Part shown: one piece after another, positions 12,001-22,900 of the stretch
How the letters are laid out: every line of letters begins with the position of its first letter
Numbering within the stretch: position 1 is the first letter of the stretch
DNA from: an uncultured virus (IMG/VR IMGVR_UViG_3300034061_005656)
Lineage: Duplodnaviria; Heunggongvirae; Uroviricota; Caudoviricetes
Direction: 5' to 3' (one strand)
IMG/VR virus record: IMGVR_UViG_3300034061_005656
DNA length: 64,000 nucleotides
The notes under the pieces: model-generated
What the model was told of the DNA's origin: nothing
The model's input: only the letters and a program-made list of their open reading frames with translations
Database searches by the model: none
Position numbers and translations under genes: made by a program

Positions 12001-13850
12001 CAGATTTTTATGGGAATCTAAGCGTAATTTTTGACTTTGCAAGAACACGAGACGAAATTCTTGATTCAAGAGGGACAGAGCTTGTTGCGCAAATAGGTGA
12101 ACCTCGTGGAGCAAACGGACAAATGGGTGCTCTTGAATATCTGCACCCAGAAAATGTAGAACTCTTTAATTCATCTATGACTTCAGCATGGCTCGACAGG
12201 TACGACGAAATATTTGGAGATATACCACGCGAAGTGTTAATACCAAAAGACGAGCCAGAGACAACCCCGTACGAGGCGTACCTAAGAGCAAAAATTACTC
12301 AATTTGATAAAAGTGGAAAAGGAACACTCAAAGAAAACGCTGGAACATTTGGCGAAACAAGAGATGGAAAAGAATTTGGCCTAGATGTAATCAAAGAAGA
12401 GCTTGACCGTGCCATTAGTGCCAGAAAGAATCGGACAAAGGGTGAAGAGAAATTTTCTTCAGATGGTTCTTTGTCACCAGAACCTGAGCCAGCTCAGAGT
12501 GCCGATAGACTCCCAAACAATTCAGTGAGTCTTGAAAAAGAAGCTTCCATGAGTTTTGTACCTAGTGATTACGAGTTAGAAAAAGCTAAAGCAGAACTAG
12601 AAAACCCGGTCAATGCCGCTATTGGGCAAGTGTGGAATATTGGCGGTAAAAAAATACACTTTGGTATGGAAAAAGATCGCAACGTAGTAAAGTACGGCGA
12701 AGACATGGATGACGTAGAAATAGTGCCTATTAACCCGTATAAAATCGCAGGCGTAGAAATGGGCAGTAAAGAAGGAAAAGAGCTCGCGCTTAAGTGGGCG
12801 TACGCTAGATCAGCATTAAGCAGCAATGACGGCACAGGCTATAAATCTACAAGTGAAGTTGACGCGCTTTTGTACGCTGGTGCTCGCGGAGACGAAGCGT
12901 CTTTGGCGCGACTCGAAGAACTGGCTGAAATTGGTAAAGAAAAAGTAGAAAAAATACGAAGTGAAAGACAGGCTGCACTCAAGGACATTGAACCGAAAAG
13001 TGAAACCAATCTTAAGGAGCAAATAGCCAAGGGTTTAGTATCAGAAAAAGATCAAAAGGCAGCAGAACGTATTTTAGGTGGCTCTATTGATGATTTGTAT
13101 GTGGTTCATCAAACTGAGTACGCGTTCCCTATTGACGATGAAGGCAACATTGCACTTAAGCCAGCGTCTGCGTACCCAACAACTCTTGAAGACGGTACAG
13201 AAATATTTGTACCTCGTCACACAATTCATACAGCTCTCAATCACGTTGTTGACCCTATTAAAGAGCGAGGCTGGCCTCCTAACAGTCACATAGCTATTAT
13301 TCCACTTCGCGCCTTATTAGAAGCAAATCCAGGCTCGATCGATAACATTCTTGCAGAAGATACATTTTTTACACCTGAAGCTGGTGGAGTACTAAAATTC
13401 CCTGCCGGGTCGTACAAAACAATAAGTAATGCTACAGATATTGTCTCTGCAAGAGAGCAAGTTTCGGAAGCGATCCGCGAACTTGCAAGACTTGGCTCCT
13501 ACGGCGCACAGGGAGATGAAATAAAGCCAATTATTTTTGAAGAAGGAATTATGGAAATTAGCAATACCGACGCACGCAGGGCGGCATTTAACGCTTTATT
13601 ACAAAGAATTTCAGTCGATTTAGGAATAACAAATCAAATTCACATGGGGACAAATTCGTCTCTTCTTGACAGAGCTGGAGACCAAGATGCGCAGGTGTCT
13701 CAAAATATTGAAAGGTTTTTTACACCAGATTTTCTTTCCAATTTGAGCATAAATCAGATCATGAGACTAACTGTCGGTCGCGACCGCTCGCTATACAGTG
13801 CAGAAACACAAGAGACCAGAGCCGCTCAACAGCAGCAATCTGTTACATAG
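9075..13850 (+). CDS. Giant putative virion-packaged effector 1 (N-terminal RDxxGRF module plus DUF3626-like domains); frame open from 8994
   Basis: N-terminal ~190 aa align by eye with the 4643-aa protein; 'GRFKTQFET..SGG..RPVYGYL..YGE...LK..RATYT..YAEAQVHGGVSL' and a degenerate second copy. Confidence 0.75.
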   Translation: MRARMQRRDRLGRFAEMGGGFSFNFKLSSGGRVSAAGRVVGQSGEDLIEVEMRGVAGVPDGIYSAPSQKGTAAKAILNLEGTNVKTGNIKKSIAKEDEIDISTVQVAAQPSGWTPRNTADGEPKEWSSEDGLVVRQFADSYVAYDTDSAGNPANEIVRGESWADIQKATADYEKRDTPAPAASQDTNARSSDRATSTQLQPTDSLKEAKATGRPLSILRPGTMPKRTQAAYDSIVQSTDGGYKKARELLQKHKELFDRVKEKEASKGTYTSEENAILNEFNDSLIVTESQWNELSEAIKEDYTAAKDGEESAFTEQEVADIVEAITRPLDYRHKLVVNNARAIKDGGQDIYSDELRLQNSAEVLEKADIAIAFPLEVLEKLITDGRFKTQFETNTSGGTLYTQGRMQGDIAQFGYHPRNAPETRPVYGYLTKGGVIDDENFDAVQMYGELQFVLKKDAHSRATYTTQNSLGSGLVPSPMGVPSKDASGAVGNPMAIYAEAQVHGGVSLSDVDYVVVNVGERQPWATHKVSEEQFESISKMLESVGIRVVPVRDGEVVNTWDGGKIVSGPKTQSAEKEKTAKSSKEILDEASALGIKWQGKTVGTSKEEIDRQINSSVKTLRKSKELGLTDIPELSDNIKKIFNDYADGKISLKGMREAILFTDPKDEGLRQWAFGNRQLPIGWRVAAAKEIALSQNDTELVKKIDDFIKFMGDIDNASDEKLEELIRKASVDFGKNMGSPIIQTPDVKRIIRGAGGVTVHDSDERKLDNLSGTTSMGDSITITARRKVETMYGLPFTGENTPEDKAITAMRPISGHSLPKDSYLAREKRMKKIYGEDFVTMYDFPIGSDVADLSQTAKYGRSHIVLSDAVNERTKVVNGDAVTRFGSSGAAVADLESIDEAGIAYADPIGMLFSSMTGDSGASIAGPLDPSFKYNDKYNETATLGTFDPSEVRAVYIADIGQTRREIGDVPQGMNPDFYGNLSVIFDFARTRDEILDSRGTELVAQIGEPRGANGQMGALEYLHPENVELFNSSMTSAWLDRYDEIFGDIPREVLIPKDEPETTPYEAYLRAKITQFDKSGKGTLKENAGTFGETRDGKEFGLDVIKEELDRAISARKNRTKGEEKFSSDGSLSPEPEPAQSADRLPNNSVSLEKEASMSFVPSDYELEKAKAELENPVNAAIGQVWNIGGKKIHFGMEKDRNVVKYGEDMDDVEIVPINPYKIAGVEMGSKEGKELALKWAYARSALSSNDGTGYKSTSEVDALLYAGARGDEASLARLEELAEIGKEKVEKIRSERQAALKDIEPKSETNLKEQIAKGLVSEKDQKAAERILGGSIDDLYVVHQTEYAFPIDDEGNIALKPASAYPTTLEDGTEIFVPRHTIHTALNHVVDPIKERGWPPNSHIAIIPLRALLEANPGSIDNILAEDTFFTPEAGGVLKFPAGSYKTISNATDIVSAREQVSEAIRELARLGSYGAQGDEIKPIIFEEGIMEISNTDARRAAFNALLQRISVDLGITNQIHMGTNSSLLDRAGDQDAQVSQNIERFFTPDFLSNLSINQIMRLTVGRDRSLYSAETQETRAAQQQQSVT

Positions 13851-13960
13851 CCAGTTTTTGCTGAAAAGCAGCAAAGTAGTAATGTTAACCCGCCCAGAAC
13901 CTAGTAATATAAACAACAGCCGCCCTTGACTACTAAGCGCAGAAAGTACGAGCTTATCAA

Positions 13961-16900
13961 GTGAACGAAGAAAACAACGATTTCGACCCAATTATTGCTG
14001 CGTTAGGCTTTGGCCTCGGTGGTAACTCGAAGGCCGCGCGATCAATGCGCGCGAAACTTCAGCGTCGTGACCGCAGAGGTCGATTTGCCTTTCAGGGCGG
14101 CGGATTCATGTTCAATATCCGCTTTCCGGATGGAGTTCGCAAGCTGTCTGGTCGTGTTGTAGGCGCATCTGGAACTGAAGATGTTGAAATTGAAGTAAAA
14201 GGTAATGACCGTATTCCAGACGGTATCTACGCACTGCCATCAAATAAAGGCGATTCTGTAGCCGCTATTCTTCCCGAGGACGCTCTAAAGGATCTTCCAG
14301 ATGCTGACGTTCGCGCGTCCGAGCGTCTTGCCATTAACGCGGCAGATCTTAAGCGAATGGAGCAGCCTACAGGCTGGACAAAGCAGGTAACTCCTGAGGG
14401 CGAGCCAGAAATCTGGACTTCAGAAGACGGATACTTTGCTAAAAAAGACGGCGATACTTTTACACTTCACCGTGCAGATCTTAGTGACAACTCAATTGGC
14501 GAAGAAGTCGCTCGTGGGAACTCCTGGGCAGACGTACAAAAAGCCGCCCTCGATGACCAAGATGACTATGAAAAAGTTCTTGAGGCAGCGAATACTGCCG
14601 AAAAACCTAGCGCGCCGGGAGCCTCCGCTGCAGATTCTCAAAAAAGAACAAAAGAAAGACTCGAAGCCGCGCGTAAAGCTGGCATTGATTACGGCTCGTT
14701 GACAGACGATGAAATCGCCAAAATCGCGCAGGCGGAATCTGATGAACGATACGCCGGTGGAGTTTGGAAAACTGTCCCGGCTGCAATCCCTAAAGGCGGA
14801 TACAGGACTTCAAAAGGCAACTGGAAAGAGTACGATGAGCCAGATGGCCCACCGACTAGGAAAGAAATTACTGGTGAACAAGCAAAACAAATTCGTCAGC
14901 AGTTTACAGACGCAAGGAAAGAAACTCTTTCTCAGCTACGTGATGCAGTAAATGCCGGAGAAATCGAAAATCTTTCAGATGTTCGTGACATTGCCGAAGG
15001 TCTTAACGTAGCTGGCCAAGCTAATGCCGCTCGTGTAGCAAAGCAAAAGCTTCGGTTTAGCTATAATGGAAAAGATCGCGAAATTACGCCTACAGAAACG
15101 TATTTTAATCCTAAGACCAAAAAAGATAATATTGTTGGTCTTGATGAAAATGGTGAAAAACGTACTTTTACATCGGATAAAATTTTTCCTCCAAATAAAA
15201 AGTCAGAGCAGCCTACTAAAAAAGCCGCCAAAGCGCCAGAGGCACTTGCTCTTGACCCAAACGAAAATCTGGTGCAGCAAATCACAGATGCGGTAGCCGA
15301 TGGCTTAAACGTTCGATTTAATTACAGTGGAAAAGAGCGAAACGTTACCCCGCTTCGCGTGTGGCGTAACCCTAAAACTGAAAAAACAAACCTTACCGCT
15401 AGAGAAGCTGACGGCGCAGAAAAAAACTTTACTCTTGACAAAATCGAGCCACCAACCGGCGCCCCAGACGAGCCACCAACCGGCGGTCCCGGCGAGCCAC
15501 CAACCGGCGGCCCAGACGGAGGCGATTCTCTTGGTTTTGACGACACAGAAGCACTCGTAGATGACATCTATGCTCGCGATTTACTTGGTCTAGAGAATAG
15601 CACTGCAAAGCGCAACTCACTGATGAAGCGTCTTTCCAACGTAATGGCAGACGAAGACCGTGGTATTGGTTTTGACGATTTTGAGCAAGCACTCAATGAA
15701 ATGTACAGCAACGACGAAATCTCTCTGCAAGAACGCAACAATGCTATGACGTATGTTTCGGAGAACATAAGCGATTACGCAGAAGGCGACTTCGGCCCAG
15801 GCGAGCCACCAACCGGCGGCCCAACTGCACCAACCGGTGGCCCAGGAGACTCTCCACAATTCTATAGCACTGACTTTAGTCAAGAGGCTACCTACAACGG
15901 AGAGCCAGTCACTCTTGAGTGGACAAATGATGACCCAGAGTTTGGAATTAGAATAGTAGACTCTGACGGAGAACTAATTGACACTCAGTCGTCTGAAGAC
16001 TATGACTCTCCTCGTGAGTTTGCCGAGTTTATTAGAAGCGAGTTTGGTCAAGAAGTCTACGATACCATTGTTGTAGACGAAGGCACAGGTGCCCCCGCCG
16101 AGCCAGCCGAACCACCAACAGGCGCCCCATCTCGCGATAGTAACATTGATGAGCTGTTTTCTGAATTTGTAAAAGATGATGACCTTTTCAATCTTGAAAG
16201 GTTTTTAGAAGATAGTGTTGATACCTCTGAACAAAACTTTAGAGAGTACTTAAACGACAATGGAATTGACGACGACGTAAGAAACGAAGATGACAAGGCT
16301 AGAGTAGACGATGCAAGAAGAGATTTCTTTGCAGAACTTTATTCTGAAAACTCAGATCGTCTGCGTGAAAAGTTTGCCGAGTACATTAAAAACCGAGACC
16401 CAGAGCTGTACGACGAGCGCATCGGCGAGCCACCAACCGGCGGCCCATCAGCACCAACAGAAGGCCCAGGCGAGCCACCAGAGCAGCACATTATTTCTCT
16501 TAAGGTAGGGACTGCAAAACTTGACAAAGAAGGGTTTGTTCAAACTGGCGTAAGTAAAACGCCTGTTGAAGGCGGGCCTTACGAGTCAACTGGCAATATT
16601 GCTGCTGACATTAGAAAAGAAGCACAGTATGTTATTGACGGCAAAATAAAAGGTGCTAATCCAGATAATGACAATCAATATACTCAGTTTGAAAGATTAA
16701 GCGCTGTCATTGAATTTGAGCGCGAGCGAGGAAATCTGACGGCAGATGACGCGTCATGGCTTCAGTCGTACAATAATGCAGTTTTCCAGTATAGAAACAC
16801 TGCGATGTCTAAAGAAGAATTAAACAATGCAGTTTATTCAATTAATCAGCTAACAGAGCTTCTTGACAAAAAACTGTCTAATTTGCAAAATCCGGCTGCA

Positions 16901-19900
16901 GAAATTGGCCGCAAAGATTCTAAAATATTCTCTGCTCTTACTCAGCTAGGAAGACTGGCTAACGTAGACTTTAGAGATAGAAAAAAAGTTGTAGAAATAA
17001 TTAAAAATATTCTTGATGAAGAAATAAGCAGTGGAAACATAAGCCAACAAGATAAAAATAGTGTCTTACCTGCGCTAGATAATTTAGCAGATCCGATGAC
17101 TTCTGACTCTTCTGTTGAAGGAATTGTTTCAGCGCTTATCGGTGAAGTTAAGTCATGGTACGAAGAGCCAAAAAACTGGACGGGCTTTCCAAATCCGGAC
17201 AAAGTAATACTTGACTCATGGGTAAATAATTTTTCTCCTGACAAGCGTGTAAAAATTAACTACGACGGAGAGCCACTTATCTTTGAGCCAGAGCGTGTAG
17301 TACCTTCTAAGTTTGACGGAGTTACACTAGTCGTCGGAAAAGACATGACAGGCCAGGAGCTGATTCTCCGCTCCGATAGAATAAATACAACAGATAATGC
17401 ATCAGAAGGCGAGCCACCGACAGGCGGCCCAACTCCACCCGCAAATCCTTTTGCAAATCTTCGCGAAACCGACCCCGGTAAGTTTGAGTCGTTTAAAGAT
17501 ATCTACGACGATGCGTCAGACCGCGAAATTGAAGTTCGTATGGCGCTTGACGAACTCTATAACGTACCCTTTGGTAGAGACTACGAAGACCCTGCTACAG
17601 GCGAGCGCATTAGCTCTGGTCAAATTGCAGATTTAATTAAAAAGTACGATACTGAACTTCAAGACATTCGCGCTGGCAGAGTAGCGCCAGAATCAGAGCC
17701 AACAGACGGTTTAACTAATATTGATCCAGCAAAAGAAATGTTTGACGACATGTTTGAAGCGCCGGACGGTGCGTACAAGCCAAACATTTTCGATGTGTAT
17801 GAGCCAAAAGGTCGTCAAGAAGACAATAGCCTTGAGTACACAGACGATCCGTCAGTTCTTTCTAACAGATTCAGCCCGTCTGAACTTATTTTCGCGCTTA
17901 AAGAAGCTGTAGTCCCAGTCAATGGAGAAGAAGCCAGCGGATTTGGATCTCTTAATTTTGGTGACGGCAATGAGCTTGTCCCAGCTGAAGCGCTTTATGA
18001 AGCACTAGACTTAACAGGTGCCAGTGGCCGTAAAACTCTTTCTGCAATTTATGACGAAGAACTTGGCCCAGACGCCGACTCGCCTAATATGCAAAGATAC
18101 GAAATCGACATGGCTGATATGCGCATGCTCGACGATGCAGATCTTCAACCTCTCGATAAGACAATTTTGTCTGACGAAGAAGCCATTGAGTTAAACAGAA
18201 GACTAAGTCTTCCAAGTAATGCTCAAATTCTTCTTGACGAAATGAATGATTACGTTGAAACAAATCCTAAAATTCAAGAGCTTGCAGATTTTTTAAGTCA
18301 GTTTGAAGAATTTGATGACTATGACCCAGATGCTCTTACAAAAGCTCTAGAAAAGTATTTACCATTTGCGTTCAGCAGCGATAGAGAAGAGCAAGACACA
18401 TTTAAAGCTCTTTGGGGAATGCTCATGTCGCTTGACGGTAGCTCAAGCGAAAAATACGATCAAGACTCTCTCTTTAGAGGACCTTTAATGAGAGCGTTTG
18501 AAGACAGATTTGGTAGTTCGTGGGAGCTTGAGTACGATTCATTCCTCGACGAAATCGGTGAGTTTAACGAGTTTGTACAAGGTAAAAATAGAATTGTTAA
18601 CGGAGACGACGATCTCGACTCGGGCTCTGTCGGAGCTAATTTTTTACGTTTAATGAAAGCGTCTTCTAAAATAAATGAAGTACGGCTTCAGCGTTCATTT
18701 GGAGTTTCAATAACCAACCCGGCGTTGGTTAGCAGATACACTACCCCTGGAAGCATTTTTTCGCTAGATCCTCGCCCGTTTTCAACAGCAAATTTTGCGG
18801 ACGAAGATTTGTTTCAGGCGTTTTCTCCAACAAAATCTACAGAACATCGCGTAGTTTTAGTCGCCGCTCCTGGAGAAGTACAAAGTACTTCAGCAGTCGG
18901 TATTTCATGGTTTACAGGCGAAAAAGAGCACATCGGTTTCGGTGAGTTTGAAGTAGTATCAGTCGATCGTAAGCCCGCTTCTCGGTTGCGTGCTGGTGCG
19001 CCCGATGACCTTATTGTCACAATTAAAAAAGCAGACACAAGCGTTGAAGATCTTGCAGCAGAAGACGCCGCTGGCGCGCCTCAAGCAGCGCAAGATGTGC
19101 CAGCACGTGAAATCAAAGATGTTTCAAACTGGACGCGCACAGGCGACCAAACCGGCGGCTCAAACTCTGGCGCATTCTACGAAGACGAAAATGGCCAAGG
19201 CTATTACGTTAAAGTAGCTAAGTCACAGTCTCATGCTGAAAACGAAACACTTGCATCAGCGTTTTATGACGCGCTAGGCGTATCGTCTGCTGAAGTAAGC
19301 GTAGGCGATAGAAATGGCAGTCCGCGAGTTGTTTCAAAGTTAATTCCTAATTCAGTTGGGGATCTCGAATCTCGAGTGGATTCAGGCGATGAAGAGTATC
19401 TTGACAAGCTTCGCAAGGATTTTATTGTCGATGCTTGGCTGGCAAACTATGACGTAACAGGCACCGGATTTGACAACGTCATGTCTGATGGAGACGGGAA
19501 CCCAATTCGTATTGACCCAGGCGGCGCGCTTATGTGGCGCGCACAAGGTTTACCGAAATCTACACTTGGTATGTTTACGGAAGAAAGCGATTACGTACCA
19601 GAAATTGACTCGCTTCGAGACAGCGACATAAACTACTACGCGTGGTCCGTGTTTGGTTCGCTTACTGATGATGATATACGCGCCCAGGCAGAGCGCCTGC
19701 GAGACAGCATGTCTCCAGAGCGAATTAACGCAATTGTTGACAGCATTGTTACTGACCCAGCAGAAGCAGCGTTTATTAAAGAGCGCTTGCGAAATCGTCG
19801 TCAGGGCATTCTTGATCGCTTTGGTCTTGAAGAGCGTCAAGCACTTACAGAACCAGTGTCAATCGAAGACAGCATGGGATATGCTGCACAAGATCTTGAG

Positions 19901-22900
19901 CCTGGCGACGTTACAGTTGGCGACTCGTTTACTGTTGAAAGAGTATTCCGCGACGAAGACACGCCGAAAGGCAAGGTCAGCATTGAAGGCTACTTCCCAG
20001 GTCACCAGACTCAAAGAAAAGAGTGGAACGAAGGCACAATAATTGACGCAATGCGCGGCGGATCTACTCCGCCTAAAGGCGACCGTGAGCCATTGCATCG
20101 ACCTAAGAGGCCAGGATACACTCCAACTGCTCCGTCATTTAGCGGTGGAATTGCAGATGAGCTTGAGGCCGCACAGTCGTGGGGAGAAATTCGTGACATT
20201 CTTGCAGATAAAGACGTTGTCTTTTTTGACTATGAAACAACAGGTCTTGGTGCTGGATCACAGAATCGCCCAGTCCAACTTGGTGCGGTTAAAGTGCGCA
20301 ATGGGGAAGTCATTGAACGTTTCAATGTTTTTATTGATCCCAACGAAGAGCTGAGTGAATGGTCACGCCTGAATCTTAGAGACGCAGACGGTAATCCTCT
20401 CACCGATGAATACCTTTCACAGCAGGTCGGCATGGGCGAAGCTCATTCACTGTTTGTTGATTGGATGGGAGAAAACCCAATTATTGGCGCGCACAACTTG
20501 CCGTTTGACCGAGAAATTCTTGAGCGAATTACAGGTGAAGAAAATATTGATTTTTCACCAGATGGCTACATAGATACTTTGCGTCTTACTCGTGACTTGG
20601 TCAAGAAAAAGACAAAGAAAAACCCAGACGGTCCAGAAGGTCATAAACTTCCACAGTTGCTAAATCACTACGGTCTTGAAATTGAAGGCTGGCACGCAGC
20701 AGACGTTGACGCAGAAAGTGCTGCTAATTTGTTACGAGCCGTTCTCGATGATGCAGCCGGTCGCCCTGACGTTGATCCAAAAACATTTGATTTTAAGACG
20801 CAGCAGCGTGACTACAACGACGCGATGAGTCGTCACAATGAGAATGTAGAAAAGTACAAAGACGAACTTGCCGAGTACGAAGCAAAGAAAGCTGTTGCTG
20901 CCGCATGGAATTGCGGCGGTGGCGGTGGCGGTTTAACTGCCGCGGCTACAGAAGATGGCAATAGTGATTGTAACGTTCCGTCAATCGATGACATGATTGA
21001 CAACGCAAGTGTTAAGCCTGGTGAATTGTCTGACCCAGAGTCAATTACATCTGGCGATACCGCCAAGGGAGACAGTCCATACGATGAAGATGTCACTGAC
21101 ATTATAGAAATCGAGGATTTGTACCCAATAGACGGAGAAGCATACGCTCCGACTGCGCAGCAACAAGCAGTTATCAATTCAGTTTTGTCCAATGAAGGAT
21201 CAGATACTGTAGTTCGTGCAGCTGCTGGAGCTGGAAAAACAAGCACGCTTGTTGCTCTTGCAAAGCGCTTCCAAAAATACAAGCCAGATAAAAAAATTAT
21301 TTACATCGCGTTTAACCGCTCTGTTGCAGACGAAGCGCGTGCAAAAATGCCGTCAAACGTTGAAGTACGAACTGCAGACTCTATTTCATACAACTGGGTA
21401 AAGATAAACTTCCCAGAGTTAATAAAGAAAAAAGGCAATCCAGATCGTCTTGCTGCACCAACAGATATTGCAAAGCATCTTGATGTTCCTTCTGTAGGCC
21501 AAGGCGATGACAGAATTTCAGCAGTCAAAATGGTTAAAGAACTGCGACAAGCGGTATACCAATATACAATTAGCGCAGATAAAGAACTTGGACCTCAGCA
21601 TTTTGAAGAAACTGAACTGACTCCGGATCAAGTGACACCAGAAGTAGTCGAAGCAGCTCAGCGCTGGTGGGCAGACATTTTAGATCCAAAAGGCAAAATG
21701 CCATTTGACTTTAACCACATGAAAAAAATGTGGGCATTGTCAGAGCCTGACTTGTCAGACGAAAGCTCTGGATTAAAAACTGGTGCCGATCTTGTTTTTG
21801 TTGACGAATTTCAAGATACGAACGATGTTCTTGGGACCGTACTTGTCAACCAGCCAAACACTCAAAACGTTTACGTTGGAGATGAAAACCAGGCAATTTA
21901 CCAATTTATGGGCGCCAAAGACTGGCTACAAAAAGTCGTCGTAGAATTTGATCTCCCACTTACTCAGTCGTTCCGCTTCGGCCCAGTAATTGCTCGACAA
22001 GGCAACCGATTCCTACGATTTAAAGAACGCTATCTTGGGTCAAAGAAAACGTTTAGTGTTGAAGGCGCCGGTCCAACAGAAGGCGAGCTCATACGGCCGA
22101 ACACAATGGAAGACGCTGACGCTGTTTTAGTTCGTTCAAACGCCGGAGCGTTTAGAGAAGTTCGTGAAGAACTAATGAACGGTAGAACTGTCGGTGTTAC
22201 AAAAGGCTTCAAGAAAGATCTTGATGATTTTATCGCTGCAGTCGACTGGTTACAAGGCGATCCGGCAACACGCGGCAAGCGCCCAGCAAGAATGCCTGAA
22301 GATCTTCGTCAATTTAATTCTTGGCAAAAAGTAGTCGATGAATCTAAAGATGAAGAAAATGAGTTTAGTCGTAAGCTAGAAATTCTTATTAATGACGTCG
22401 AAGAGCTAGGAATCGAAGAGCTCAAGAATTTGGCAAAGCAGGTTAAGGTAGTCACTGGCGCAGGCGACAAAAAAGACGTCGAATCTGTGCCTTCTCTTCC
22501 AGAAGACTTGTCAGTCGGAATTGAAGAAGCCGATGGAATTGGCAAAGGAATTGGCTTTAAGATTGTAAAAGATGGCATTATCATTACAGGCAAAACATTT
22601 GATGTAAAAGATAAAATCAAATCTTCAAACTCCGGAGTCAAGTGGGATAAGGCGCGTGGTGGATGGTTTATTCCGTCTAGCGCAGACGATGCTAGCCGCA
22701 GACAGCGACTTCAAAACGTTCAAAATGCTGTGTTTTCAGAGTCTGAAAAGCAAGGCGGTAAAGTAGACGTTGTTATTTCAACAGTTCACCAGGCCAAAGG
22801 TCTTGAATGGCCTAAGGTGCGAATGGGCAAAGACTTCTTTGGTCCGCGTAAGCGCAAAGGAATGGAAGACGCTCAGCCTGGAGATCCAAATGCTTGGATT

